DNA from: Isurus oxyrinchus
Taxonomy: Eukaryota
Direction: 5' to 3'
NCBI GenBank assembly: GCA_026770705.1
Contig: JANJGN010000002.1
Coordinates: 67,766,001 to 67,830,000, forward strand
DNA length: 64,000 bases
Notes under the pieces: model-generated
What the model saw: only the letters and a program-made list of their open reading frames with translations
Database searches by the model: none
Told to the model about the DNA's origin: nothing
Position numbers and translations under genes: made by a program
In this document: positions 24,396 through 37,115 of the stretch, piece after piece
Numbering within the stretch: position 1 is the stretch's first letter
Layout of the letters: the number at the start of each line of letters is the position of its first letter

Positions 24396-26111
24396 GCTAG
24401 AAAGAAGTAAACAATGTCTTTGATCATTCATATTCATTCATGTCAAGTCTAGTTTTGGTTTTTCAGTCACTTTGTCAATCATTGATCATAGCACTGGTAA
24501 TAAGCCTTGATCCATGTGAATCAAACATGGCATTTGTCAATGTTAAGCACAGATGTGACATATTGTCACAGTAAATGCGGTCCCTAATGAGAACAAGTTG
24601 TAGTAATTACCATCTTCTCAATCACTGAGCCTCAGGCATATTTTATAGTGTCCTCTGAATGATTATATAATTAATTTAAACTGTAAATTTCACAATTCTG
24701 GCAAATATTTCAATGTTTTCTATATATTGCTGGTATATGATACCTATATTTGATGGATGGAGTGAGTCTCTCATAGAACTGGAATGTTTTGAAGTGAAGC
24801 TTAAGAAAGATGGATAACACAAAGCCATTAAAAGGTGATTGCCTGAGGATCTATTTACAGTAATTAATCTAGGAATAATTAGGCTTTTTGTTTTTTGAAG
24901 CATCAGAGGCAAGCATGGATTGTCATCCAGACTTTTAACGTACCAATGGTCTTGAATTTCAAATGTGGCACTTTCAATCTGGTGACAGACATTCACAGCA
25001 TGAGCAACAGATAGAAAATGCCTCCTGTTGATATTTTTTATCAAAACAGTGCTGTAGGTAGAAAATAGGAAAACAGATGAAGGTGTAGAAGGGAGTTAGC
25101 AGGGTTGGTATGGGAGCACTAAGAATAGGCTTGTAAGTAAGTGAGCCAAAGCTTCTTGAGTGCTACCAGGAGGGAACAAAGGCTAGATACCGTGGATAAA
25201 ACACACTGGCTAAAGGATTGTGACAGTAACAGCAAGCCATTGTGACCAGTAGAATTGGGTTGAAGATGTTTTCAAATTTTCTGATAGGTCTATAGTGTCA
25301 CTTAGTTAACATAGGCCCAACAGCAATGTGTTAGGTGTAATACAAACATAAAGACCTCAATATTAATTCCCACTGCTGCCCAACAATGGACAGGAAGAGG
25401 TCAGGGGGGTTCAACCTGGAAAAATATGAAACATGACCCCAATGCCACATGTATTCCTGCCTCCATTTTTCCAATTTTACAATGGTGAATAGGGAGATAT
25501 GTGACTGTTCCATTTTGGAAAGGTGAGAAACGTCATTACCATACTTAAATCAAGTTCTCCTGGTGTAATTGGGATTCGGATTTAAACTTAGCTTCTGCCA
25601 ACAGGATTTCCCAGGGCTCAGGAAACCCAGAAGTGAAACGGGAGTGGGAGCTGTAACTCCAGAAGTTAAGTGCCTTGATAGTGCTGTTTGTGGGCTAGGA
25701 AAAGCATGAATAGTTTCACCAACAGCAACCCCCACCACCCTCCCTCATCCCCCACCCTCTGCTTCTCAGTGAAGTGTTCAACCTTCCATCTGTTGATTTC
25801 AGCCCCCCAAGCCCTGATCTGCCACTGACGATCATGGCTGATGCACTCCCATAATCAACCCCAATCTGCAGCCTGTTCCCCTCCCAATTGAGAAGGACTG
25901 ACCTCAAGAGTCCTCAGTGGTGATGTCCTGCCACTGGTTTTCCTACCAAGCAGCTGACCAATCTGTCAATGTGTCCAGCTGCCTGAAAGGAAATGACAGG
26001 TCCTGCTATTAAATTTGGAAGGTGTTCCCTCCTCCCCAACCTCTCAGCTATTGCACTCCCCAGCTTCCTCACCACTTTCTCTAAAAATATAAAGATTCAA
26101 GAAACCAAACT

Positions 26112-26471
26112 TGTTACGTTTAGTATAAAGATACGTAGTAAGAAACTGATAATATACACTATATAGCTGATAATATGATCCGGGCTCACCCTGTTTGAAG
26201 AACTGAGGGCACATGCGGTGGATTCAGAACAAGACAAAGCAATCAACCAGAGTGAAGGGCATTGGGTGTTAACTGTATTTAATTGTATTCAGGTGATGAA
26301 CTGTAACTGGAGATTCAATTAGACTCCTATGTATAGAAGCAGACTGAAACAGTGGTTGTGGGGTTAGGGAGGTGCATGTTTGTAATGTGTATCTCCGTAA
26401 CTAAAAGCTTCTAAGTATATGAAAGGTTAGGCTCCAGTTCTATCTATCACCTGGTAATCTGGAATAGAACA
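26112..26471 (+). repeat. Possible solo LTR
   Basis: TGTTAC...AGAACA ends and LTR-like composition. No TSD found. Confidence 0.35.
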
Positions 26472-26522
26472 ATGGGGGTCTTTGCACTGCACTTCTTCTC
26501 AATGACTCTATCTTGTGTCATA

Positions 26523-27129
26523 GGGCAGAAATTATCACTTAGCAGGCGGGCGTGTGCCCGACCCACTCAAGCGTGAAGTGACGCGTGTTGACATTGGCCG
26601 AGCGTGCTGACATCAACGCACAGTTGTGTGATAGTTTAGTCAACGGAGTCGGCAGCGCGCCCGCTGACAATTACAAGCCCTATTAAGGCCATTAAGTAAC
26701 CAATTAAATCAAATTTATCACCAAGTGGCCTCTGCATTTTTTTGGGAACCTTATTCACGGGCAGGATAAGGTTTCCAAAAGCAAATAAAATTTTTTTAAA
26801 ACTTTAATTTTTCATTATTTACGTGTCCCTGCTCCTGTGACAGAGTCACATGAGGGGACATGTTTCATTACGTTTTTATTTTTTAATTAAAAAAAGAAAA
26901 TCTCTTCATCTCCCGGAGGCAGCTCCATACCTCAGGGAGATTATGGAGCGCTCACTCGCCTGCACTGTCAAAGTTCACACTCGCCTCGCTCGCTGTCCTC
27001 CCACCTCCCGCACAGACAGCGCTTAATTGGCCTGCCAATGTGAAATCGCGGTGCAATGCCGATCACGGGTGGCAGTTGGCTTCCTGCCCGCCCATGCTGT
27101 GCACCCCCGCCAAGGGCAAATTTCTGCCT
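26523..27129. mobile_element. Harbinger-type MITE
   Basis: TIR GGGCAGAAATT / AATTTCTGCCT with 3-bp ATA duplicated at 26520-26522 and 27130-27132. Confidence 0.85.
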
Positions 27130-27912
27130 ATACTACTCTGAGTAGGAAAAGTAACTTGGTAGCAAGCTGTTGTCACATCTGATAGCCTCTTTGGGATGGT
27201 AGTGACTTCTTTAGCAAAGAACTCCACCAGCATGCCCATTTGACAGGAGAACATGGGAACAGGAGTAGGTCAGCTTATTCTGCCAACTGAGGAAGTTGGT
27301 GGAAGATCCACCCACAAACTCACTCCGTGGAATCGAAAATTCTGGTCTAAAGAGGATGAAAACCTGGCCGGACTCGGTTCAGCTCACTATTCTGGGATCG
27401 TGGAGTATCTACCAAATATATAAAGGTGAAGTTCTGGAATACTCTAAACGAGATTTTACCAGGATAGACAGCCTGCTGATTACTTGTGGAGGCTATTTGG
27501 CAATTACGCAGTAGAAATGCATATGTGGCAAAGTTAATTTTGTACATCTTGACCATCTTTCCCTGCAGAAGAGATTTCTTGTGGCAGTCATTTGAAAAAC
27601 AAATTTAAAAGTTCTATTTTGCAAATGGGCCATGATTCTTACCAGAGTTAGTGGCACTCTATTTTATTTCTATAGGATAAGGATAGGACTTGATTTGTAT
27701 AGGATAGATAGATTACCTTAACTATCCTTCCATCATTTAGCCACTAGTAGTGGAAATTCATTCCAATCTTAAAACACAGGGGCTTAGAACAGATAGCTTT
27801 ATTGATGTACTTTATATGCTCTTCATTCTAACTACACTCAAGACCATGATAGTTTTGGAAAGCAAAATAAATTATTCCTAAATAAAATGTTTAACAAACA
27901 GTTGCTTAGTAG

Positions 27913-29799
27913 TACAGAACTTGAATATCGTTGAAAAGAGAGAAATGTTGTCAAAGCTTTTCGTCTTGCACTCATCAGGACAAAGGCAAGAATGGCAAAT
28001 TTCAAACGATCACTACAATTTATACCTCATGTGAAAAGGGTGCTGCTTGGTTGGCAAGTCAACTCTAATTGTCCAAGGCATTGCTATGGAGAAAGCAATG
28101 AACTATAGGATCCCCAAGCTCCTGGGTAAGTCCAAAAGGGTACAAGATTGGAACAAATTCCTTTTGTTTGCAGAGAATATGTCCTGGTGTACGAATGTAT
28201 ATCATTTCTTTCAAGCGTAAATGAGCCACATTATGGGCAGCACTGATTATTTTAAATTAGTTGTTAGTGTAGCTATTAGTGCATTCAGGGCTTAGGAGTG
28301 TTCAGCATGTGCTACCCAGTCACAGAATCATATCTAACAGCAGATGTTTTCTCTCCTGGTGTTTACCAAAACTCGCTTTCACAGCCATATTTCCTTCCTC
28401 AGTCACTGTCTCCATCTCTAAATTACCCCATGTGGATTCCAACCAAAGTTCTATCCCTCAAGTTTTGAATCGACCCAGGATTACAGGTATCTCTGGGGCA
28501 TACAACATTCCCCTGACTGCTGATCTTGCTGCATCCTGAGGTCCACACTCAGTGCCATGCACCACCATATGAACACACTTGACCTCACCCTCCAGCAGCA
28601 CTGACTCACCCTATCTCAAAGCTGTCCTTTTCCCCAGTTTCATTTTATTCTGTCTCATCCGGTGCCTTACCAAGAAACTTTGTCTCTTCCTTTCTGGTGC
28701 TAAAGAACACAAGATTCAACAACTCATTGATACCAATGCCCATCCATTACCCTCCACCCCTTTCCATTCCTCTGACCCCATCCCATCTTTTAATCCCAGC
28801 CCTTGCCATGTATTCACCATACCCTCTTACCTTCCCCTCTCTGATGCTGAACATTCAGTACTCAGAAAAGGTCTCAGTTTTATACCCTTATGCCCTCACC
28901 TCAATGAAAAAATGCACCTTCTTCAATTCGGTCTACTGCATTTGCTGCTTCCAATGTGGTCTCCCCCACATTGGAGAGACCAAACCCAGAGTGGGTGATC
29001 GCTTTGCAGAACACTTTCAGTCTGTCCACAAGCATGATCCAGAGCTTCCTGTTGTTAGCCATTTCAACACACCACCCTGCTCTCATGCCCACATGTCTGT
29101 CCTTGGCCTACTGCAATGTTCCAGTGAAACTCAATGCAAACTGGAGGAACAGCATCTCATTTTCCAATTAGGCATTTTACAGCCTTCCAGACTTAACAGT
29201 GAGTCCAACAACTTTAGACCATGAACTCTCTCCTCCATCCTCACCCCTTTTTTTATCCCCTTTTTTCAATATTCATTTTTATCTTTTAATCTTAATTTTT
29301 ATTTATTTTCATTTTTATTCATTGTTTTATCCCCACATTTTATCTTATTTTCAATCTTTTTCCCACCACTGTCCCCTCCCCTCACTCAACCCCACAGGGG
29401 CCTTTTGTCACTTGCTCATGTTGTTCTTTCCACAGTGCTTACCCTTGCTCTGCTATTATCACATTCTGCTTTCTGACCTTAATGTCACAACCAGCACCTC
29501 CTTTAGCCAGTACACTACCATTAACACCCCTTTGCCCTTTTGTTCATGCCATCTTTGTCAATCTCTCCTTTGCCTCCACATATCGCTGGCCTCTATCCAG
29601 CTTCACCTGCTGCACCTCCGTTAAACAGTGTAAATTTCATCACATTTTTCCTTCTCTTTAGCTCTTAAGAAAAGTCATACAGACTCGAAACATGAACTCC
29701 ATCTTTATCTCCACAGATGCTAGTAGACCTGCTGTGTTTTTCCAGCATTTTCTGTTTTTGTTTCAGATTTCCAGCATTTGCAGTATTTTGCTTTTATTA
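27913..29799 (+). mobile_element. Internally deleted Penelope-like element (ORF N-terminus fused to GIY-YIG, RT missing)
   Basis: VFTIPSYLPLSDAEHSVLRKGLSFIP joined to VYCICCFQCGLPHIGETK..RFAEH..VVSHFN..KLEEQHLIFQLGILQPSRLN. Terminal repeats at both ends. Possible TSD TAGTAG (27907-27912, 29800-29805). Confidence 0.88.
27948..27983 (-). ncRNA. Minimal type I hammerhead ribozyme motif
   Basis: Minus strand TTGTC-CTGATGA-GTGCAAGAC-GAAA-AGCT-TT-GACAA: stem I TTGTC/GACAA, intact core, palindromic AAGCTT stem III. Confidence 0.75.
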
Positions 29800-30206
29800 T
29801 AGTAGATGTTTTGTTTTTGCTTTTGCAAGCACCGTCTGGCTTAGTACAGTCTGTACTCTGCCTATTGGGAACAACTAAAGGAACATGCTGTTTGATTCAA
29901 TCAGCTAGATGTTGGGATGTCATGCCTACACACCTGGCATCACACCAGCACAAAAATTCCACTGCAGCTTTCAGATACTTGAGGGAAGCTGTTTGTATTG
30001 TAATAGAAACTGGACATTGGCCATCAGATGATGCATCATTATCAGTTCCACAGGTATGGTGAACACTTATTCCATGCTGAAAAGGATGAGCTCCAAATGC
30101 TGCACAAAACCTGTACCAGGTTAGTGCTAGACTCCTGCATGCTCTTTAATACTGTGCTCAGGCTTTTTGGCAGCTTTTCCAGTGCCCCAAGCATTTGGTT
30201 TTGTAC

Positions 30207-32032
30207 AGCTCTGCAGTCTTGCCACATCCAGTCATGAATTGTGGTAGACAATTAATCAACTTGCCGGAGGAGGAGGCTCTACAAATATCCCCATCCTGAA
30301 TGATGAGTGAGTCCAACATATCAGCGCAAAAGATAAGGTTGAAGCATTTGCAACAATCTTCAGCCAGAAATGCTGAGTGGATGATCCTTTTCAGCGTCCC
30401 TCGTTAGTCCACAGCATCACAGATGCCAGTCTTCAGCCAATTCGATTCGCTCTACGTGATATCAAAAAATGGCTGAAGGCACTGGATGCTGCAAAGGCTA
30501 TGGGTGCTGACAATATTCCGGCTATAGTGCTGAAGACTTGTACTCCAGAGTTTGCTGCACCCATAGCCAAGGTGATCCAGTACAGCTACAACACAGGCGT
30601 ATACCCGGCTATGTGGAAAATTGCCCAGGTATGTCCTGTACACAAAAAGCAGGACAAACCGAATCCAGCCAATTACCGCCCCATCAGTCTATTCTCCATC
30701 ATCAGTAAAGTGATGGAAGGGGTCATTAACAGTGCTATCAAACGGCACTTGCTTAGCAATAACCTGCTCACTAATGCTCAGTTTAGGTTATTTCAGGGCC
30801 ACTCATCACCAGATCTAATTCCGGCCTTTGTCCAAGCATGGACAAAAGAGCTGAACTCCAGAGCTGAGGTGAGAATGACTGTCCTTGACATCAAGGCAGC
30901 ATTTTACCGAGTGTGGCATCAAGCAACCCTAGCAAACCTAGAGTCAATGGGAATCAGGGGAAAATCTCTACACTGGTTGGAGTCATACCTAGGAAAAAGG
31001 AAGATGGTTGTGGCTAATGAAGATCAATCACCTTGGTTCCAGGACATCACTGCAGGAATTCCTCACCGTAGTGTCCTAGGCCCAACCATCTTCAGCTGCT
31101 TCAGCAATAACCATCCTTCCATCATTAGGTCAGAAGTGGAGACATTCACTGATAATTGCACAATGTTCAATACCATTTGCAGCTCCTCAGATACTGAAGC
31201 AGTTCATGTCCAAATGCAGCAAGACCTGGAAAATATCCAGGCTTGGGTTGATGAGTGGCAAGTATCATTAGCGCCACACAAGTGCCAAGCAATGACCATC
31301 TCCAACAATAGAGAATCTAACCATCGCCCCTTAATGTTCAATAGCATTACCATCTCTCAATCCTCCACTATCAACATCTGGGAGCTACCATTAACCAGAA
31401 ACTGAACTGGACTGGCCATATAAATGCTATGGCTCCAAGAGCAAGTCAGAGGCCAGGAATCCTGCAGTGAATAACTCACCTCCTGACTCCCCAAAGCTGG
31501 TCCATCATCTACAAGGCACAAGTCAGGAGTGTGATGGAATACTGTCCACTTGCCTGGATGAGTGCAGCTCCAACAACAGTCAGGAAGTTTGACACCACCC
31601 AGGACAAAACAGCCTGCTTGATTGGCACAAACATTCACTGCCTTGACCAGTGACACACAGTGGCAGCAGTGTGTACCATCAACAAGATGCAATGTAAAAC
31701 TCGCCAAGGCTCCTTAGACAGCACCTTCCAAACTCACAACCACTACCACCTAGAAGGACAAGGACAGCAGATGAATGGGAACATCACCACCTGGATGTTC
31801 CCCTCCAAGTCACTCACCATCCTGACTTGGAAATATATCACCATTCCTTCACTGTTGCTGGGTCCGAATCCCGGAACTCCCTGCCTAACAGCACTGTGGG
31901 TGTACCTACACCACATGGACTGCAGCGATTCAAGAAGGCAGCTCACCACCATCTTCTTAAGGGCAACTAGAGATTGGCAATAAATACTGGCCCAGCCAGT
32001 GAACCCCACATCCCATGAATGAATGAAAAAAA
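30207..32032 (+). mobile_element. 5'-truncated L2/CR1-group LINE with the longest ORF in the window (RT, 30377-31405)
   Basis: NYRPISL, NAQF, LDIKAAF..VWH, GIPHRSVLGP, FTDN (degenerate FADD). 3' stem-loop and (ATGA)n/poly-A tail. Confidence 0.92.
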
Positions 32033-32298
32033 GCATCTATCAGCACTGTGGATGTACATACACCACATAGACCGCAGCTCTGATCATCCATTCCCCCTGC
32101 CCTGGCTCCTTTGCACTTGTACCCAATGTTTAATCACATGCAGATACTGCATATATCCTAGTCTCTAAAATATGCGCCCGCCAATCTCTGATTTGGTGGC
32201 TGCGGCTTTTAGATTGAGTGATGATGTCTGACATTTTATCTTTCTTCTTTCTCCACTGCCTGGTCAGTTCTTGGGTTTCCAAAGTATAAAAGTGACAA

Positions 32299-32982
32299 GG
32301 GGGCAGTCGTACCGCCCCCTACACGCAAAATCTGGGCATGAACCTGATTCCAGTCGGGTGATTAGTCCCGTAGCTATGTAACGGCTGAGTGGCGGTTAAT
32401 TGGTTTGTGGTAGGACTTGCATCCCTCAGCAACAGGAAGCCCTGCCTCAGCAAGCTGCTGGCCAGTCAGAGGTCAGCAGCTCTCCATTATCTGAACGGTG
32501 GCCACTGCCGGTACTGCAGTGAGGCCGGCAGGAATGCGTGCTGGAGCTGGGACTGGAGGATCCCATGGAGTCTCACCAGGGTCAGCTGGCAGGCCCCGGC
32601 GAGGAGAGGCTGGGTGGATGGGGTAGTTGTGAGGCCGGGGTAGATATGCTGGGGCAGGGGTGTGGTGGCTAACTGGGTTGGGGAAGATCTTGAGGGAGCC
32701 TGTTAAGGAGGCACTGCCACTCCTTGCCCGCCTCCAGCTTGCACAGTGAAAGTGGGCCTTTCTGCCTGCATGGTAAATCCCAGCAGTGGTGGGATGAGGC
32801 CCTCAAGTGACCACCAATTGGACAGTTAAGAGCTTCAGTTGCTCCATGGGCAGGTGGGCCTCCTGACAGGTCCTCCAGCAATGATAAAAATGCAGCGGGG
32901 GCCGGCAGCAGGCACATGCCCCTGGCATTTTTCAGACTCCCTGCCTGCCAACCCACCACCAGGTAGCCATAAAATCCAGCCC
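32299..32982. mobile_element. Harbinger-type MITE
   Basis: Right TIR AAAATCCAGCCC and degenerate left end. Subterminal sequence similar to 4564-5150. Confidence 0.6.
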
Positions 32983-35124
32983 AAGAAATGGGTTGTGGCG
33001 AGGGGGTTGGAAAAAGACAGAAGAATGTGTTGGCACCATCTGCAGCTCATAAGTCAGAAGAGATTGTGTGGATGAGGGAGAAGTGAGGTGATAAAAGTTT
33101 TTGATGCCCTCATTATTGATCTCTTCAGCGTCACAAGTGGCCACGACCTCAGTGAGCCTCCTTCCAGCTCTACATCCTCCACGAGGGTTCAAAACATGCA
33201 AGACATCATGCAGAGCTCCAGTGCTTTTCTGCTGCCTCCCGTTACGTGCCTTTTTCTGCAAGAAAGAAGAACTGTATCAATGTGTCCTGCAATATGTTTG
33301 CATAATGTGGTGATCATGGTTGAATAACTGCCAATGTGTGTGAACTATGAGTTCTGGGTGTAAGTATTGCAAAAGTTTTGTGTTACGATGAGTCAAAGCA
33401 GAAAAGTGATAGAGTTGAATCCTGATTAATAAAGATTGTTGACAGGTGAGTGATGGGGTGTAGTGATTTTACCAATGGATGAGATTAGTGGTGCTGTTTT
33501 TATGATATGCCATTTGAAGATGACTTTGACAAATTGTGTGAGATCAGTAAACTTTATCCAGAATTGCATCCAGGTTCTGGAAGCAACACTCTGGCAGTTG
33601 CTTAACTTTGCCATCTTTCTGGCAACTCCTGATACCAAGCTGGTGCCAAACATAGTGTTTTGCATTCCTTTGGACTCAACCGGAAAGTGGAGAGTGGGAC
33701 CATAATATTTGAGTAGCCAAGGATCTCCTTAATTTTGTCCAGGATTGTGTGCTGCAGAGCAAAACTCCAGTTTTGCTGAACACAGTATTGTCCACCAAGG
33801 CACAAACCATCATTTCATGAGACAGGTAGCTGCCAGAGAGAACTGCGAGTGCCGAGGCAGGCTGGTTAGAAGAACTGCGTTGGTTCTGTGGGACTTTAGC
33901 CCATTTGTATTAGAGGCTATTAGGCCCTGAACCCACCCCTTACATTCTTTAACCCCACCTAATCTCCATGCCTACACAATGCCTCCCCTGCCCCTCATGA
34001 CCCTCATAACAACTTCCATACCCCCTCAGGTATCCATACCTCCATGCCCACTCACCCAGTATGCACTATTTTCAAAAAAAATGAACCATATATAACACCG
34101 GCAAGTCTTGAAATATTCATGAAAGAAAATACACTTTAAAAACAACTTCTGGTCTAACAACTTTATAAACATCAAAAACTGTCATTCATAGTTTCAATAA
34201 CAGAAGCTTTATCCCACTTAATAATTCTCCATTTTGTCCATATAAACATGCAGACATTGAAAACTAAGATCAAAGAAAGAATAACTTGTTATAACCACAT
34301 AAAAATGTCAATCGATCAAAGCTCCCCTTTAACCTATGTATTCAGACTCCTGCTGAGCTGATCTATTACTTAGTCTTGGAACTCAGTCAAGCATTCATAA
34401 TGAAGCCATCTGGAGAAACAGATGCCTGGTCACCTATTTCTATTGATACAGTTGCCAAATAACCTTTTTGACTCTGAACACCCAAGTCTTAATTTTTAAT
34501 TACTGGTAAAAATGAAATTGAGGTCTACAGGCTGAATGATAGGAAGACAGTAATACAACAAAATTGAGCAAAATATTGTATTTCCCTCGGGGCAGCTTTG
34601 TTATTACCAAAGTAATGTTATATATTTGTAAAGATAATTGTATTTTATTAGGTATTTTATTCTACATGCAACTTCTTTTAGTATCTTGGCACCAGTCACA
34701 GCCAAGTGAATGGTGATCGCAGGTTTCTGCAATGTTATCTGAAAGCAACTGCTCAGAGAAGTGTGTTAATGAATATTACTCCATCCATTTTCACTCATCC
34801 CCTATGCTAACACCTTACCACAGTAGAAGGGCTGAGATAGGAGCTCAGCTTGGAGTGAGAGCTGTTTGTGAATATCCTGCCTTCCCATGAGACAGTGCAG
34901 TGATAGTTAAAAGCCAGTACATTGCCAGAGCTGCAGCAGCATCTTTTGTCAGTGAATTGAAGCTGGGGGGGGAAGAAGGATGAGATCTGCACCTCATTTT
35001 GGTTTGATCTTCTTTCCCTACATAGCCTTCCACAAGTAAAGAAAATTAAGCATTTATTCAGAATCCAGTGCTGTTGCTTTAAACATAAAATGGAAGGGAT
35101 AAGGTGAAATTTCAACAACCATAA

Positions 35125-37115
35125 TGTCAGCTGTGGCTCAGTTGGTGGAACTGTTGCCTCTGACTCAGGGGTCCTAATCCAGAGACTGGAACATAAAAAT
35201 CTAAACTGATGCTCCAGTGCAGTACTGAGGGAGTACTGTGCAGTCAGAGATACTGGCCTGGAATTTCATCCTCGAGGTGGCTATGGGGAGTCGGGAAGAT
35301 TCCCAGCTCAGCTCACTCACCTCAGGGGAAAGTGCCCACAAAGGCGGGATCTTAATTGCTGAGGGCTGGGTGTGGGCTGGAGCCTGGCCAGCTGACTTGG
35401 CAAGAAGCACAAAGATAACCACGGGACTGCCGGGTGCCAAGGTGGCTGTTCAAAAGGTCTGCCTCAGTGCCATGGCATACTGTCCCAGAGGGCCCACTAG
35501 ACCTCACCCCTCACACTCCCTTCACCCTCCAAACACTCCCTGTGCCCCATCAATGCCACCACATGCTCCCTAGCCACCCACATGACCTCTCATACCTCCA
35601 ATGCCAAGCTATGCCCTTCCACCCACTCCTTCAGGCTTCTCATGCCCCCTGTGCCAAGCTCTGCAATTCCACCCATCCCCTCAGGCTGCTCATGCCATCT
35701 ATGCCAAGCTCTGGCACTTCCATGCCTATTAATCCACCATACACTTTCTAGAACCAATAAACACCATAGGGATGTGTAAAACAAATAGCTTTGAAAAACT
35801 GTAATGCATTGATAACTTTCTCCTAGGTTTGAAAAAAAAACCTGGACTGCAAGATACTAGAAGTGTCAATCATATAGGCTCTTTGAGATTTCAAAAACCA
35901 GAAACCCTTGAAACCACTTAACTTGTATCAAAAAACATTGTGAAATTGAGTACAGAGGTCAGAAAGCCTGAGGTGTTAATCAAACAATGGTTCATAACTT
36001 CTGAGATCCAGGGCAGCGTAGCTGGGGGGTACCCCAAGGATGCACTGGGGAACCGCAATCCCGAGGCCACCATTCCCAACTCCCCCCCCCCCCGCCATGT
36101 CCCCCAGTCCCTGCCAAGGATTGCATGGCAATTGTCTGGGAAATTCAAACTTTCAATGGACAATTGCCCAGCACTGGGAACCATCTGAAAATGTGATTTA
36201 AATTGCAAAGTTCACATGGGTCCGACAAACTACCCAGAACATGTTAGAAGAATTAAAACAACTTCTAGCTTCTGGTAAATATTGTACTGACCCCCCCTAA
36301 ACACCCTCCCCCAACCATGTGAACCACGACTACCCCCATTTCCCACTACACCCCACCGACTTCCACGGAAACCTGTCCACACCTCCGACCCCCCTCACGA
36401 CCCTCCATGACTAGAACCCACTCCCCTTCTTTGATTGCCACTCCATGGAAGTTCAGGCCCAATTTTTCCCCTGGTGAGCAGCTGTTCTCATATTATAAGC
36501 ATACATAATGGTGCATGAGGGGGACCTTTTGAACTTCCTTTTGAAAGAGCCCCACATGCACACTAGCATTAATGACTCCTCCAAGGGTCCGTGAAACATG
36601 ACTCTTTAAAAATCTGACCCAACTCCCTGAAAATTACAGAGGAGTAGTACTTGCCTATCCCTGAAATGGGACTGGCCAGGTTGGGAGCGGCAGATCTGAA
36701 CTTTTGACAGGAACCAGCCTGCAGGGTTTAAAGGCACTCCTGAAAATTAGACAGCATGGGAATGGGGTCAGGAATTCCAGAATCAGGACCCATCTGCCAT
36801 TTTTAAAGGGCTCTTGATTAAACCCAACTTGGTGAAAGTCCAGGCCGCTGTTTTTTGAATAGATGTTAAACTGAGGTCCCATCAGCCCTCTCAGGTGAAA
36901 TTGCAGGACCCAAAGGCACTATTTTGAAAAAGAGCAGGGGACTTACTCTGGTGTTCTGCCCTCAAGCAACATCGCAAAATCTGGCATTATGGGACCTAGC
37001 TGTGTGCAAATTGGCTGCCATGTTTCCTACATTACAACTTTAAAACTTCATTGGCTGGAAAATGTTTTGGGGCATTCTGAGGTCATGAAAGGTGCTATAT
37101 AAATGCAAATCTTTT
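35125..37115 (+). mobile_element. DeuSINE (SacSINE1/AmnSINE1-like) split by a MITE; SINE parts are 35125-35254 and 36847-37115
   Basis: A box GTGGCTCAGTTGG, then CTCCAGTGCAGTACTGAGGGAG, Deu-like GGCACTATTTTGAAAAAGAGCAGGGG..AAATTGGCTGCC..TTTCCTACATTACAAC, and tail GAAAGGTGCTATATAAATGCAA. Confidence 0.75.
35255..36846. mobile_element. Harbinger-type non-autonomous element inserted in the DeuSINE
   Basis: 14-bp TIR GGCCTGGAATTTCA / TGAAAGTCCAGGCC (1 mismatch). 3-bp flanks ACT/GCT. Confidence 0.8.

Larger units (their letters stand above)
29830..33720 (-). pseudogene. Second, more decayed Harbinger Myb/SANT gene split by a LINE and a MITE
   Basis: Exon 1 ~33720-33520 (VARKMAKLSNCQSVASRTWMQFWIKFTDLTQFVK|GT). 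Exon 2 ~33257-33090 (CAG|KKARNGRQQKSTG..LHVLNP). Probable exon 3 piece 30206-29830 (QMLGALEKLPKSLSTVLKSMQESSTNL). Confidence 0.6.

Noticed and set aside
24676-25044. 122-aa minus-strand ORF as a host exon
   Set aside because: No recognisable motif, a non-ATG start and no supporting splice pattern.
30377-31405. 342-aa RT ORF as an active or domesticated gene, or a retron-like system
   Set aside because: The catalytic motifs are degenerate (FTDN, GIPHRS), the copy is 5'-truncated and frameshifted downstream, and it is one of several decayed copies of a LINE.
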